A stretch of 64,000 nt of DNA from Leucoraja ocellata. Its lineage: Eukaryota. A program made the position numbers and the translations under genes. This document shows positions 47,608-60,500 of this stretch, piece by piece (position 1 is the first letter of the stretch; every line of letters starts with the position of its first letter). The stretch is taken from assembly GCA_036785375.1 (NCBI GenBank), contig JAWMAR010000002.1:24428001-24492000 (forward strand), in the 5' to 3' direction. Below the pieces are notes generated by a model. That model was not told the origin of the DNA. It worked only from the letters and a program-made list of their open reading frames with translations, and ran no database searches.

Positions 47608-47934
47608 TATACAGACTAGATTCTGCTGCAGAGTCGAGCCTGGTCAGTGAAGGTGCACCTAAATCCATTCAGCATGCTACCCTCAAGAGATCCATACACT
47701 GTTTGGCACTGCAAGAAATAGTTGACAGGGAATGCAATCAAACTAAGTGTGAACTTATCTCATAGGAACCCTGAGCAGATTGCTATTGATCACACATTCT
47801 GGCTCAATATGTCTTCTATATCTTAAAATATTTCCACCTATTGACTGCAGAATTGAATGTTTGTATACAAATGTTATGATCAGCTGTTAGTAAGATATAA
47901 TAAACCCTTCAATGCAATGACAATTCCCCTTAAA

Positions 47935-48585
47935 AAAAAAGTAAACCCAGCACAATGATAAATCTCGCCAGCATCTCTGCTTTCTTAGAAATTTAAAGAG
48001 ATTCGTCATGTTACCGAATACTCTTAACAACCTTCTATGGATGCACCATCGGAGGAACTTGATGGTTGCATCATGGCCTGGTATAGCCACTCCAACACAC
48101 AGGCATGCAAGCTATTGCCGAGAATTGTCTACGCAGTCCATCATGGGCAGTCTTCCCTCTCCATCATTGAAAGGATCTGCATGAGGTGCTGCCTCTGAAA
48201 GGTGCCATCTTTTATCAAGTATCCCCACTATCCAGGCCATGCCATCTTGTCACTGCTACCATCGTGCAGGAGGTATAGAAGCTGATGTTCCACGTCACCA
48301 GGTGCTGGGAACAGCAACTTTCCTATAACCATCAGGTTTTTGAACTGACTGGTATGAACCTATTGCTGCCTCACCAACAGAATGGACCACCTCGCACTAC
48401 CATTGACTTGTGTGCTTTGAACTAATGTCTTGTATTTTGCAGTCGTTTTCTTTTCACTGCTTTAGAGAATTTGTGCAATGGATGTAGAATCTATGTTTTT
48501 GTGTGCTTTGTGAGTCCGTGATGCTGCTGCATGCAACACTTTCATTGTATCTGTTCCTCATACTAGTGCATATGACAATAAATGT
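47935..48585 (+). mobile_element. Rex1-type LINE 3' fragment
   Basis: Degenerate ttgcatcatggcctggtat...tcactgctaccatc...caggaggtatagaag, with tail gtgcatatgacaataaa. Confidence 0.65.
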
Positions 48586-48589
48586 GTCT

Positions 48590-49530
48590 TAGAGTCATAG
48601 AATGATACAGTGTGAAAACAGGCCATTCGGCCCAACTTGCCCACACTGACCAACATGTCCCAGCTACACTAGTCCCACTTGCCTGTTTTCAAGAGAGTTA
48701 GATTTAGCTCTTAAGGCTAAGGGAATCAAGGGATATGGGGAAAAGGCCTGAACGGGGTACTTAATATGGATGATCAGCCAGGATCATATTGAATGGCGGT
48801 GCTGGCTACTCCTGCACCAATTTTCTATGTTTCTATGCTTGGTCCATATCCCTCCAAATGTGTCCTATTCATGTATCTGTCTAACTGTTTCTTAAATGTT
48901 GGGATAGTCCCAGCCTCAGCTGCCTCTGGCAGTTTGTTCCATACACCCACCAGCCTTTGTGTGAAAAAGTTACCCCTATTAAATCTTTTCCCCTTCACCT
49001 TGAATCTATGTCCTCTGGTCCTCGATTCCCCAACTCTGGGCAAAAGATTCTGTGCATCTACCCTATCTATTCCTCTCATTATCTTACACACCTCTATAAG
49101 ATCACCCCTCATCCTCCTGTGCTCCAAGGAATAGAGTCCCAGTCTACTCAACCATGGCTCAGACCCTTTAGTCCTGGCAACATGCTCGTAAATTTTCTCT
49201 GAACCATTTCAAGCTTGACAATATCTTTCCTATAACATGGTGCGCAGAACTGAACACAATACTCTAAATATGGTCTCAGCAACGTCTTATACCACTGCAA
49301 CATGATTTCCCAACTTCTATACAATACTCTGGCTGATGAAGGCCAAAAGCCTTTTTGACCACCTTATTTACCTGCGACTCGACCTTCAAGGAACCATGCA
49401 CCTGCACTCCTAGACCCCTCTGCTCTACAACATTACCCAGAGGCTTACCATTCATTGTGTAAGTCCTACCTTTGTTAGATATCCCAAAATACAACATCTC
49501 ATATTTCTCTGTATTAAATTCCATCAACCA
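48590..49530 (-). mobile_element. CR1 3' fragment containing an opposite-strand CR1 3' end (~48686-48836)
   Basis: ORFs 48825..49151 and 49276..49527 give CR1 peptides; the internal + strand piece ends ttttctatgtttctatg. Confidence 0.88.
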
Positions 49531-49799
49531 GTAACACTGACTGCTCTCAAGCCACTTCCATTGACTGCCCCAAGTTCCTCCGTCCTTCTGTCTTTCTCCT
49601 TGGTAAATAGAGAGGATAAATACTCATTGAGGACCTTGCCAATCTCCTGTGGCTCCACACAGAGGTGACCGCTTTGATTCCTGACTTGTGTTGCATGGAT
49701 ATTTTCTTCTGAAACTAGTTCAGATGGTTAATTTTAGATGTGTTGTGATGAATCCTCCATTCAATTCAGCCTACAGTGGCGTGCAGCTGAGATTATATT

Positions 49800-50310
49800 T
49801 TCCTTGTTGCAACTAACAACAAATTGTGCCCTAAATTCTACTTACAAGTTTGCAGAACACATCACTGTAGTGGGCTGTATATCGAATAATGACAAGACAG
49901 AGTACACGGTGGAGATAGAGAGCTTAGTAACAGGAAGTCAAGACAATATCTTTCTCAATATTAGCAAGACGATGGAGCTTCTGGAAATGAGGTGCATGAC
50001 CCAGTCAGCATCAAAGATGCCAAAGTTTATGGTTGAGAACTTCCAAGAACTTACTGTAGGTGTAAATATCATTAACAATTTGTTCTGTACCAAACACATT
50101 GAATCTATGATCAAGAAAATACATTAACACCCTTACTTCTTGAGAATACTAAGGAAGTTCAGCATGTCTCCAATGAGTCTTACCAACGTCTACAGGTGCA
50201 CTGTAGAAAGCATCCTACTGGGATGCATTGTGGCTTGGTTTAGCAATGGTTGCTCTCAAGACTGCAAGAATTTGCACAGATTGTGGATGTAGCCCAGTCC
50301 ATCACACAAA
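49800..50310 (+). mobile_element. Rex1-type LINE RT fragment
   Basis: ORF 49738..50127, NSTYKFAEHITVVGCISNNDKTEY...LNISKT, is a degenerate KFADDTTVVGLI..NDE..Y motif. Confidence 0.75.
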
Positions 50311-50871
50311 TCATTAGTAATGGAGAAGTGCTGCACATTATTTGTAAGGTGTGATTCTGTGAGAAGAACTATGTCTGCTACTGCTTAACTCATCTGTGAG
50401 ACCGTTCTTCCAATGTATACACCAAGCCCCAAAGTTTGTGAGCAGGGCCTTGCAAGGTTGCCTGGACTAGGACTAAACATGCCCTGAATGAATTTGGTGC
50501 CCAGTTCAAATCCAGCTAGTCTATCATTTGGTTTTGTATTGATATGAATGTAATGGTGATTGTGCAACTCAGTGGTCAGCTGTGCCATTTTACTGGGCAA
50601 TGAAGAGTCAACCAGATTGCATGAGACTAGAGTGACATATGTGGCAGACCAGGTAAGGATGGTGGAATTCCTCGTCTAAAGGGCATTGATGGGTTTTTTA
50701 TGACAAACTAGTCTTTTTTTTAATCATCTTTATGAAAACCTGGTTGTGATTTTTAAACTATAGATTATTCCACAGCTGCTTTGGTGAGACTTCAACTCAG
50801 GTGTCAAGATTACAGAATCAGAACTTTGGGTTACTAATGAGGCAATTTACAGAAATGGATAAATAAGAGGG

Positions 50872-51093
50872 TGTAGCGGCACCTAGTGGTGGCCCTGGTA
50901 ATGTCAAGCCCTCGCTATTGGCTAGCGCGGTCACGTGAGCGGGGGTCCTTTTTCGCGGGTTTTCTGTAAAACCAATCATTCGAGCGTTGGAATGAGCATC
51001 GTTTATTTTGGCTGACAATATCGACTCGGGGTATCACTTTATTTTCGTTTAAAAATAAAGATCTTTGTTATACCCGACTGTCTCGACTCGCCA
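50872..51093 (+). repeat. 5' LTR (TG...CA) followed by PBS TGGTGACCCCG (51097-51107)
   Basis: Starts TGTAGCG, contains AATAAA at ~51054 and ends GCCA, with a TGG-initiated PBS 3 nt downstream. Confidence 0.8.
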
Positions 51094-51123
51094 AACTGGT
51101 GACCCCGTTAGTCCGATCGGTAC

Positions 51124-54100
51124 TTGGACTTTCAACATGTAAGCCGCCGCCATCCCCAATGCCCAGATCCCCCAGCAAAACGCCGTGGGCCTGGAACTGC
51201 CCGTTTTCTGGGCAGAGCAGCCTCAAGTGTGGTTCGCCCACTTAGAGGCCCAGTTCCATCTTCGAAATATCGTTGCGACGCCACCCGATATTTCTACGTG
51301 ATCGGGGCACTCAGCCAAGAGACGGCCACGCTGTTGCTGCCCTACCTACAAGACCCGCTGGCCATCGGCAAGTACAAGGGCCTCAAGGCCCTACTGCTCC
51401 TTTGGGCTCAGCTGCCGAGATCGCGTCTGCTCCACATGGACGGCCTAGGCGATCGGAAACCATCCGCTTTGATGAGCGAGATGCTTGCGTTGATGGACGG
51501 CCATCGACCCCTTTGCTTTTCGAGCAGGCGTTTCTAGAGCGAATGCCCCGTGACATCTGCTTGCTGCTCGTCGGGTCGGACTTCACAGAACCTATGCAGT
51601 TCGCCAAGCGGGCCGACGAATTGTGGGTTGTGAAACAGCAGGACGGTGGGTCCATCCACCAGGTGTCCACGCCCATACGCCAGCAGCCCCGCAAAGATGC
51701 CCGACCCTCTGCTACTGTCGCCACGCCGCAGCTGCTCGCCGGAGACCGGGTTAAGCGCTAGTGGTTTCCGCCGCTGCCACCCCCCCTGCATGTTTGCGGG
51801 AAACGCCTCGGCCGATTGTCAGTAGGGGCTGTCACGATCGGCCGAAACAACTGCCTCTACGTGCGAGACCGCTTTCAGGACTTCGTTTCCTGGTCGACTC
51901 AGGGGGCATCGTCAGCATCCTCCCCCCGACTGGGTTGGACACCCGTGTTGGCAAGCGAGGCCCTGTCCTGACTGCCGCCAACCGTAGTACTATCCTCACC
52001 TATGGCACGCGGACCCTATCCCTCAACTTCGACTCCCGCCCATATGACTGGACCTTTACCGTTGCAAACGTGGCCCAGCCGCTGCTGGGCTCCGACTTCC
52101 TTCGGGCTTTTTCACTCCTGGTGTACGTACGGGCGGGTACCTCATTCCACCGGTGGGCCCCAGCCCCGTGACCCCGCTATCCATGGAACCCCCAGCACAC
52201 AGCTGAACGTGGTGGCTCAGGTCGAGGGCTCGTATGCCTCCCTGCTCGTGGAGTTCCCAGAGCTACTCACCCCCCGTTTCCGCGTGGCGACCCTCAAGCA
52301 CGGGGTAGTGCATCATATCCCCACCACGGGACCACCATTAGATGCTCGGGCGCGGCGGCTCCCGCCCGACAAGCTGCGCATCACCAAGGAAGAGTTCAAA
52401 CTGATGGAGGACATGGAGATCGTGCGGCTCTCGGAAAGCCCGTGGGCATCCCCATTACACATGGTCCCTAAAACATCTGGGGGGTGGAGATCATGCGGGG
52501 ATTATAGGAGCCCGAACGCCGTTACGACCGTGGACCTCTACCCTGTTCCTCACATCCAGGACTTCTCAGCTCATCTGGAAGGAAGTTAGGAGGTTGCAGG
52601 GTGACCTGGACAGGTTGAGTGAGTGGGCAGATGCGTGGCAGATGCAGTATAATATAGATAAATGTGAGGTTATCCACTTTGGCGGCAAAAACAAGGGGGC
52701 AGATTTTATCTCAATGGGGTTAGGTTAGGTAAGGGGGAGGTGCAGCGAGACCTGGGCGTCCTTGTACACCGGTCACTGAAAGTTGGCTTACAGGTACAGC
52801 AGGCAGTGAAGAAAGCTAATGGAATGTTGGCCTTCATAACAAGAGGAGTATAGGAGTATAGGAGTAAAGAGGTTCTTCTGCAGTTGTATAGGGCTCTGGT
52901 GAGACTTCTGGAGTATTGTGTACAGTTTTGGTCTCCTAATTTGAGGAAGGACATCCTTGTGATTAAGGCAGTGCAGTGTAGGTTTACGAGATTGATCCCT
53001 GGGATGGCGGGACTGTGATATGAGGAAAGATTGAAAAGACTAGGCTTGTATTCACTGGAGTTTAGAAGGATGAGAGAGATTCTTATAGAAACATATATAA
53101 AACATTTTCACACAGAGAGTTGTGAATTTATGGAATTCCCTGCCACAGAGGGCAGTGGAGGCCAAATCACTGGATGGATTTAAGAGAGAGTTAGATAGAG
53201 TTCTAGGGGTTAATGGAGTCAAGGGATATGGGGAGAAGGCAGGCACGGGTTATTGATAGGGGACGATCAGCCATGATCACAATGAATGGCGGTGCTGGGG
53301 CCGAATGGCCTCCTCCTGCGCTTATTTTCTATGTTTCTATGAGCTACCTTTTTTTTGAAGGTGGACCTGGTCCACAGTTTTCATCAGATCCCTGTTCACC
53401 CAGACGACGTCCGAAAGACCGCCACCATCACACCGTTTGGGCTGTTCGAGTGGCTCCATATGCCTTTCAGCTTAAAAAACGCCGCGCATACGTTCCAGAG
53501 ACTGATGGACATGGTGGGTAGGGGATTGAACTTTGTTTTCCTCTACTTAGATGACATCCTGGTCGCGAGCCGCTCCCGACAGGAACACCTCACGCACCTG
53601 CGGGCGCTGTTCCAGCTGCTCCAGGACCATGGGCCCGTGGTCAATCCCGCCAAATGCCAGTTTCGGCTTCCACATAATTTAATTCCTGGGGCATCGTGTT
53701 ACCTCACAGGGCGCGACCCCATTACCCACTTAGGTAGAGGCCATCCGGCAGTTCCCCCGGCTACTCAGTGTCAAAGGGCTGCAGGAGTTTGTCGGCATGG
53801 TTAACTTCTACCATTGTTTTGTGCCGGCAGCTGCCAGGATCATGCGGCCCCTTTTTCAGTGCCTCGCTGGTAAGCCACGGGACCTCGTTTGGTCCACCGA
53901 GGCCGAGGCCACGTTCGACGGCGTGAAAGAGGTGATGGCCAAAGCCACCTTGCTAGTACACCCACGGGCCACAGCCTCGACTGCTCTCACGGTAGATGCC
54001 TCCGATACGTCCGCGGGTGGGGTGTTGGAGCAGCTCATTGACGGCCGCTAGCCTTTTGCAGCAATCAGCTGAGGCCCCCCGGGAGCAAGTCCGGGAGCTC

Positions 54101-55030
54101 CTCGCCCTGTACTTGGCCATCCGTCACTTTAGATACTTCCTGGAGGGCAGGCCGTTCACGGCCTTTACTGACCACAAGCCCTTAACGTTCGTCTTGGCCA
54201 AGGAGTCAGACCCTTGTTCCGCTCGACAGCATCGACACCTGGCATTCGTATCAGAGTTCATGACGGACGTACACCATGTGGCCGGGAAGTTCAATAGTCG
54301 CCGACGTCCTGTCCCGCCCGGCCCTCCCACCTGTGGTGGCCGTGGACCATGGTGTTGATTACATGGAGTTTGCTAAAGCACAGCACTTGGACGAAGGGAT
54401 GGATGGCTACAGGACAGCCGCTTCAGGGTTGCAGTTGGCCGACGTTCCGTTCGGTCCCACGGGAGCGTTGGTACTGTGCAATGTTTCCACCGGGCGCCCA
54501 TGCCCCATTGATCCCGCGGGTTGGCGGCGCCGGATTTTCAACGCCATCCATGGTCTGGCCCACCCTTCAATTCGGGTTGCGGCTCGGGCTAGGGCCTGCA
54601 TCCCCTGCCAGACATCCAAGGTTCAGCGTCATGTACGGGCCCCAGTGCAAGACTTTATAGTTCCCTTGGGCCGTTTTCAACACATCCATATGGATTTAGT
54701 GGGTCCGTTACCCGTGGTGCCACGCATCTCCTCACGGTTGTGGATCGGTTTACGAGCTGGCCTGCGGCTATTCTGCTGTCGGACACCTCCGCCGCGTCTT
54801 GTTCCCGGGCTCTTGCCGCACACTGGATTGCTCAGTTCAGGGTTCCGGCAGACATTTCCACCGACCGGGGGGCTCAGTTTACGTCCTCATTGTGGGCTTC
54901 GCTGGCGACATTATACGGGGCGCAGCTGCACCACACCATCGCCTATCACCCCCAGGCCAACGGGCTAGTGGAACGATTGCACCGCCACCTGCAATCGGCA
55001 CAAAAGGCACGGCTCACGGGTCCTGACTGG
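51124..55030 (+). pseudogene. Gypsy gag-pol (multiple frameshifts)
   Basis: gag: YFYVIGAL, LGDRKPSALMSEM. Protease: FLVDSG. RT: SPWASPLHMVPK, GDYR, PFGLFEW, YLDD. RNase H: TVDASD, RELLA, TDHKPL. Integrase: HIHMDLVGPLP, STDRGAQF, HPQANGLVERLHR. Confidence 0.92.
52586..53341 (+). mobile_element. CR1 3' fragment inserted in the Gypsy RT
   Basis: Gypsy RT stops at ...SAHLEG (~52583) and resumes at ...KVDL (~53358). The insert is CR1 with a ttttctatgtttctatg tail. Confidence 0.93.
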
Positions 55031-57094
55031 ACATTACTTAAAAGGCCATCATTTATTGTGCACACACATTTGTTTCAAAGGAATATGGTGGTGAGCCTCT
55101 TTCTTCAACTGTTAAGGCAAAAACCCCTGATTACGCTATTATGGAGGAAATTACAGGCTTTGGATCCAGCAAAGTTAACAGAACAGTGATACTAGTCCAT
55201 GTTAAGATGGTATGGAAGGATACAGGGTGGTAGTATTCCCATGTACCTTCCACCAAGGTCCTGGTCGGTGATCGAGATTGTGTGGTATAACAGTAAGGTA
55301 CTGTTGCGCATCTTTAACATTGCAGTATGGCAGACACTGCAGTCACATTGCCTCAGTGGTGGAGGGTTTCAGTGTTTAAAGTGGAGGATGGGGTGCTAAT
55401 CAAGTGTGCTGTTTTGTTCTAGCTGGTTGCTGAATACAATATACATTTTCCAAGACTCTCAATGTGCCTGTTGTCAGGATGACAACAATAATAAATGCTA
55501 GCACTAATACATTAATTCTCCATCCTCGCCTCTTGGCAGGTGAAGTTCCAGGTTGGTAGAAAAGCCTGTAAAATGTATTCTTGTAACATTTATTCTCCTT
55601 GTCATTCTGAACACAAGATAAATGCATCAACAAAAATGCAAATCTAATCAATTCCACATCCCAGCAACAAAATAGGACAACACAAAATGCAATGTTCTTC
55701 CCCTGATAACATTTAATAGCCATTGAGGATTTATATAAGTATTTGATTTTAATTAGCAAACCTACAGTTCTATTGGCATTCCTGTGCCTGAGACACTCCT
55801 GCAGCTGAATCTTTAGACTATTCATACAACACCTTTATTTATGTGCACATTTAACATAAATAATGTTGTATTTTTCTCTCTGTTAAATAGTTTTGTCTTG
55901 TGTGCTGAACAGTGTTCATTGTCCCGAATCAGTTGGTGGGAAAATTGTTACGTTTTATTGCTAAAAAATATATTTATTTCTAATATGTTTCCATCTTTAC
56001 ATATAATCTGAATTATTTACCTCATAAAAGGCTATCTATCTATCTATCTATCATAAAATGGTGCTTAATTTATATTTATTTGAAGTAAAATATGGTATCT
56101 GAATAAATTTAAACAATAGTACATTTCATCTGATTATTTGAAATAAATAGGCCAAATTCAAAAATAGATTAATCTTCCCTTTTAAGTGGGGAAGGGAAAC
56201 GCTTGTACTACTTAAAGATGCATCCATTAAATTGTTCCAACAGTTTACTCTTACATGGGGATCTTATTTCAGTGATTTCCACCATTATTGTGATTTCCAC
56301 TATTTTCAAAACTGCAATAGTTTTTGATTACAATGGGCAACTATGCTCACATTAGGTCCAATCTATCCTCGTTAATATCCACAACATCCCAACCACCTCC
56401 ACCCCACACTTCAGCAACTTTTCAATACATAATCTCAACTTTCCATTAAGCTTATCGTTTTTGTTCTTTAGTTCTTTTGATGCATATACTATAACTTTCT
56501 CCCATCAATATACAGAGACTTTAGCCTTTATCCTCCTGCAGCTTTCACTATCTTCTGGCAAATCTAGGTCAAAATTCTCCATGTCCATCTCATTGCACCA
56601 GCTGTACAGCTCCCATTATCTCTCTCATTTAAATAAGAATCACAACACAGTAACGTTCAGTTCATCATATCCATTTTGACCATCAAATCCTGTCTATACA
56701 AATTCCATAGACCATAACCTTGGCTTTTCATAGCAAATTGATATAGTCTGGTACCCATAGCAATTCTGGTACATGCCAGTAGCTGGCATGCACCATTCAG
56801 TGATTTAAAAAAAAGCCCAAGAGTTGTTTCATCAATAAAGAAAGTTGTTACAAATATTAGGAAAGGTTCATAGACATACCGAGAGTGTGGGAAGGAAAGC
56901 CTTGCACAAATGAAAGGGCAATTAGTTAAGGAAAGTATTGATGACAATAGCTATAGATGCTGCATTGAGAAGATAACAGGAACATTTCAGAACCTGCAAA
57001 ATGAATTCACAGTGTTTATAAGTTTGTGTAGAACACTGATACAAAATAATTAGAGCAGAATTTTGCAAATTCACTTTATTAATTAATTGCGATG

Positions 57095-57595
57095 TTAGCC
57101 CCACTCCGAGTCATTTAAACCCCACGATTCCGGCGGGAGCAGTTGCCGTTGCGGGAGCTCTGAAAAGCGGTCTCCCACCAGGGACCTGCGAGCTCCCGAT
57201 GTTCCTGTCCACCGGGCCTGCGGCCGGAGCCTCCAAAGCTCCAAAGTCGGGCTGCAGCTGCGCGCCACCACAGCTCTCCCCGCTCCGAAGTTGGCCAGCT
57301 CCGTGATGGCGAGTCCACGGGCCCTCAGGTTGGTTCCGGTTGGAGGCCGCCACCGGCTCCACAATGTTAGGCCCAATGACACCGGAGACCCGACAGGGTA
57401 AAAGTCGGGTCCCTGTACAGGAAAGAGATTAAACTGGTTCCCCCATCCCCCCCCCCCCCCCCCCCCCCCACATATATACAGCTAAAAAATAATAAAAATT
57501 AGAACCAAAAACATACATCTAACGGGACAAAAATGAAAAAAAAAAAGACAGACGGACTGCAGTCAAGCCGCTGCCGTTAGGCACCGCCACTTCGC
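57095..57595 (-). mobile_element. GC-rich 5' portion of a non-autonomous retroelement related to 8450-9783
   Basis: Minus strand shows aagtggcggtgcc, a T-rich tract, a poly-G run, the hairpin GACCCGAC/GTCGGGTC and gcctaaca, in the same order as at 8510-8610. Confidence 0.5.
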
Positions 57596-60500
57596 ATCTG
57601 TCTTAATCTATCTAAAATATCTGTCTTAAATGTCAATTAAAAAGTTTATAATATATCTTCCCCACAATGTAATATACTAGTGGTATCAAAACAACCAAGT
57701 TTATATAGTATTTTTTAGATCGTATGACCTTGATTTTTTTTTTTAAACGACAAAACTGTAATTGGGATTAGTTGACTCAAAACTGATTTCATTCAATCGC
57801 AACATCAACAAAAGTAGGGATTTAGACAATACACTATCCTGTGTGACACTGAGCCCTTATAGAGGGCTGCTTAATGTTCGAGATAGTGCAATATCTGTCA
57901 GTAAAATTCCTTCTTGGTAGTGTAAGACCAGAGCCTTCTGTTCCTGGCAAAGTCTGAGTTTGTGATGTACAAGAACGATGACTCACTTCCTTTAACTAAA
58001 TAGCTTTATTTAGATTGTGCATTATACCATATTTACCACTATTACAAATCACTTAAAGTACTTTGAAATTACATAATCAATTGGACTTGCAGGTCTCCAA
58101 CAATTGATAGCTGCTGTGTATGAATGTTCCTCAGATAGTCAGCCTGAGCCAGACATACTTGTTTGGATCAATTGACTAGATTGATTCCATCTCCAATTGT
58201 GATGGTAGTTTTCTATTCCTCTGGCTCTTCATCCTAATTATCTACAGCTGGAGTATGTGATAATCTACATCATTGATTCCTGATTGGCCACCAAAGCCCA
58301 ATTCTTCTGATATTTTGATTACTGTATTTACCAACCACATTATTTTTCTTCATTGTTATCTTGTTATGTAGCCATAGGTTATTAGTTGCTGTGAGAAGTT
58401 TTATCTTAGGTCAATCAGCAGTGGTATGTTTATTGGTTTTGCAGTACTTCCACAAGTTAGGATTTATTTAATGATTATTTAATGATGTAACACAAAAACA
58501 TATAATTTAAGATCCTTGCTTATTAATTGTCCACTGTTGTGCTTGTCCTATGAGAGTCTTATTTCTCCATTTAATTTAATCATCTGTGTCCAGAAGGATA
58601 ATTCAACAGGGCTTTTAAATATGGATTAAAGTATTTGTAAAAGTTAAATAAGTGTCTCCTTCTTTGTCAGTGCTTTGGTATCTAGGATGACTTGCTTCCA
58701 CTTGTAGTGATTGAAGATAATTTTTTGCATCAGAACATAGGCAAGATCTACAGATTTTACTACAGGGGAGTAGGGTGTGTTTAAAGGCCATTGATGATAG
58801 TTTGAGTGGCTATATACCTCTACAACTGTGTTAACTGTGTATGCATAGGTTTCATGTCATCTCATTAGAAAGATTCAAAACAGTCACTTTCTGAAGGCTT
58901 ATCTTTTAAAATGGTTCTGTAAAAGACATTTGTTATCTGGGTGTGCAGTATGAGACCCATTCCCTTGTAGCAAAGAAATCCACAATGGTTTGGAACTTAA
59001 CCTCTAAGAACATGCACACTCTAACAAGCTTGTACTTGGTTCTGGAGCGGAGGCAGAATCTACTAATTGTGGAAGAGTAAATCTCTGGATAAATACTTTC
59101 ATATATCAAACTAAGAAGCAAAATTATGAATAAAGTTGTTCAGATGGACTAAGTGAAAGCCATTTGTTAGTTCAATTAAAATATATGAGGAAAGCAATGA
59201 TAACTGGTCCAAAACATACAATGAAAAATCTTTTTGTTACAGCACCAGTAAGCAGTAAAAGTCAGAATTCTGGCTTGTGATTGTATTCTTTCGATGTTCA
59301 TTTAGTGAAATCTGAAAGCTTCCATTTACTTGTGACATTTTCATATTGACAACCTCCTTGAAGTTAATACATAGATATAAATGAGTGTACATATGAATTC
59401 TTATTATTTATGATAGTAGTGAAAAATACAATGAATATACCCAGATAGAATAAGTATTTAGGGATGTTAATATGTCTGTTATTGTTTTAATGGGGAGGCA
59501 GCATTTTTTAAATTTATTGTTGGAGGTTGAAAAGTTTTGATTTTTTGTTACATATTTTGCTGAATTTCCAAGAACAGGAATAAGCTACATTAAAATAGTG
59601 TTATTTGAGTAGGAAGTTTGTCAATGAAAAGCTTGCTCACTTTGATTATCTTGTACATCAATTTGTGATGTAGTTCGGTATCAATGGCGACCTTTAGTAC
59701 CGGAAAGTAGCATTTACTATGACTGCTCTTCAATCTTTCAGCCACAAAAGTAACGGTGACAATAGTTCTGTTATATACTGCTACGAAGAAATGAACTATT
59801 ACATCTACATTACCACCACATACTGTAAATTCAAATATACAATTTAAAATATTGTCTGGGAGAATATTTTGTGCAAGTGACCACTTTAAAATATCGAGTT
59901 CTTTTCATCAAGAGGCTTTGTGAGACCAATCCTCTGAGATGCTCGTTCTTTTAACCTACACGTGAATCAGCTCAACCCCATTGTTAATATTCTGTGAAAA
60001 TTAGGCTTCTGTGTAATAGATATATTCTAATTTAATACCGTATGTGGGCTGACATTGTTTTATAATGTTAGTCATCCCTGCGTTCTTTGTTCTGGATGCT
60101 CCCAGATGGCATTCCGTTTAAGAGTATGTCTTTTCCTTTGCCTGCCCTTTGGCAGTACTGCATTGTGACAGGGCAGAACACATCAAAATTAAAATCTTGC
60201 CAATTTTTCCTTTTTTGGAGAGGCATTGCATCTTTGCCAATTCTTGCCTCTTAACAACCCAAATGAGATCATCAATTTGACATTTAGGAGAAGATTGAGT
60301 GCAATTAACAGCTGCAGCTGAGTTGTTCAAAATCTGATGCAGTGCTGTGATACTTTATACCATCTGGCCATTACTTTTTTAACTTAAAACTAAAAGCTTC
60401 TTTTAAAAAAAATACATGCAAAATCCCAAATTATGCACCACATTCATTTTTATTCACTAGTTTTAAAGTATGAAATCTATTTAGAGATGACAATTAATTT

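Larger units (their letters stand above)
50872..55030 (+). mobile_element. Gypsy (Mag-like) LTR retrotransposon, decayed, 3' end missing
   Basis: 5' LTR and PBS followed by gag, PR, RT, RNase H and IN in Gypsy order; no 3' LTR. Confidence 0.93.
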
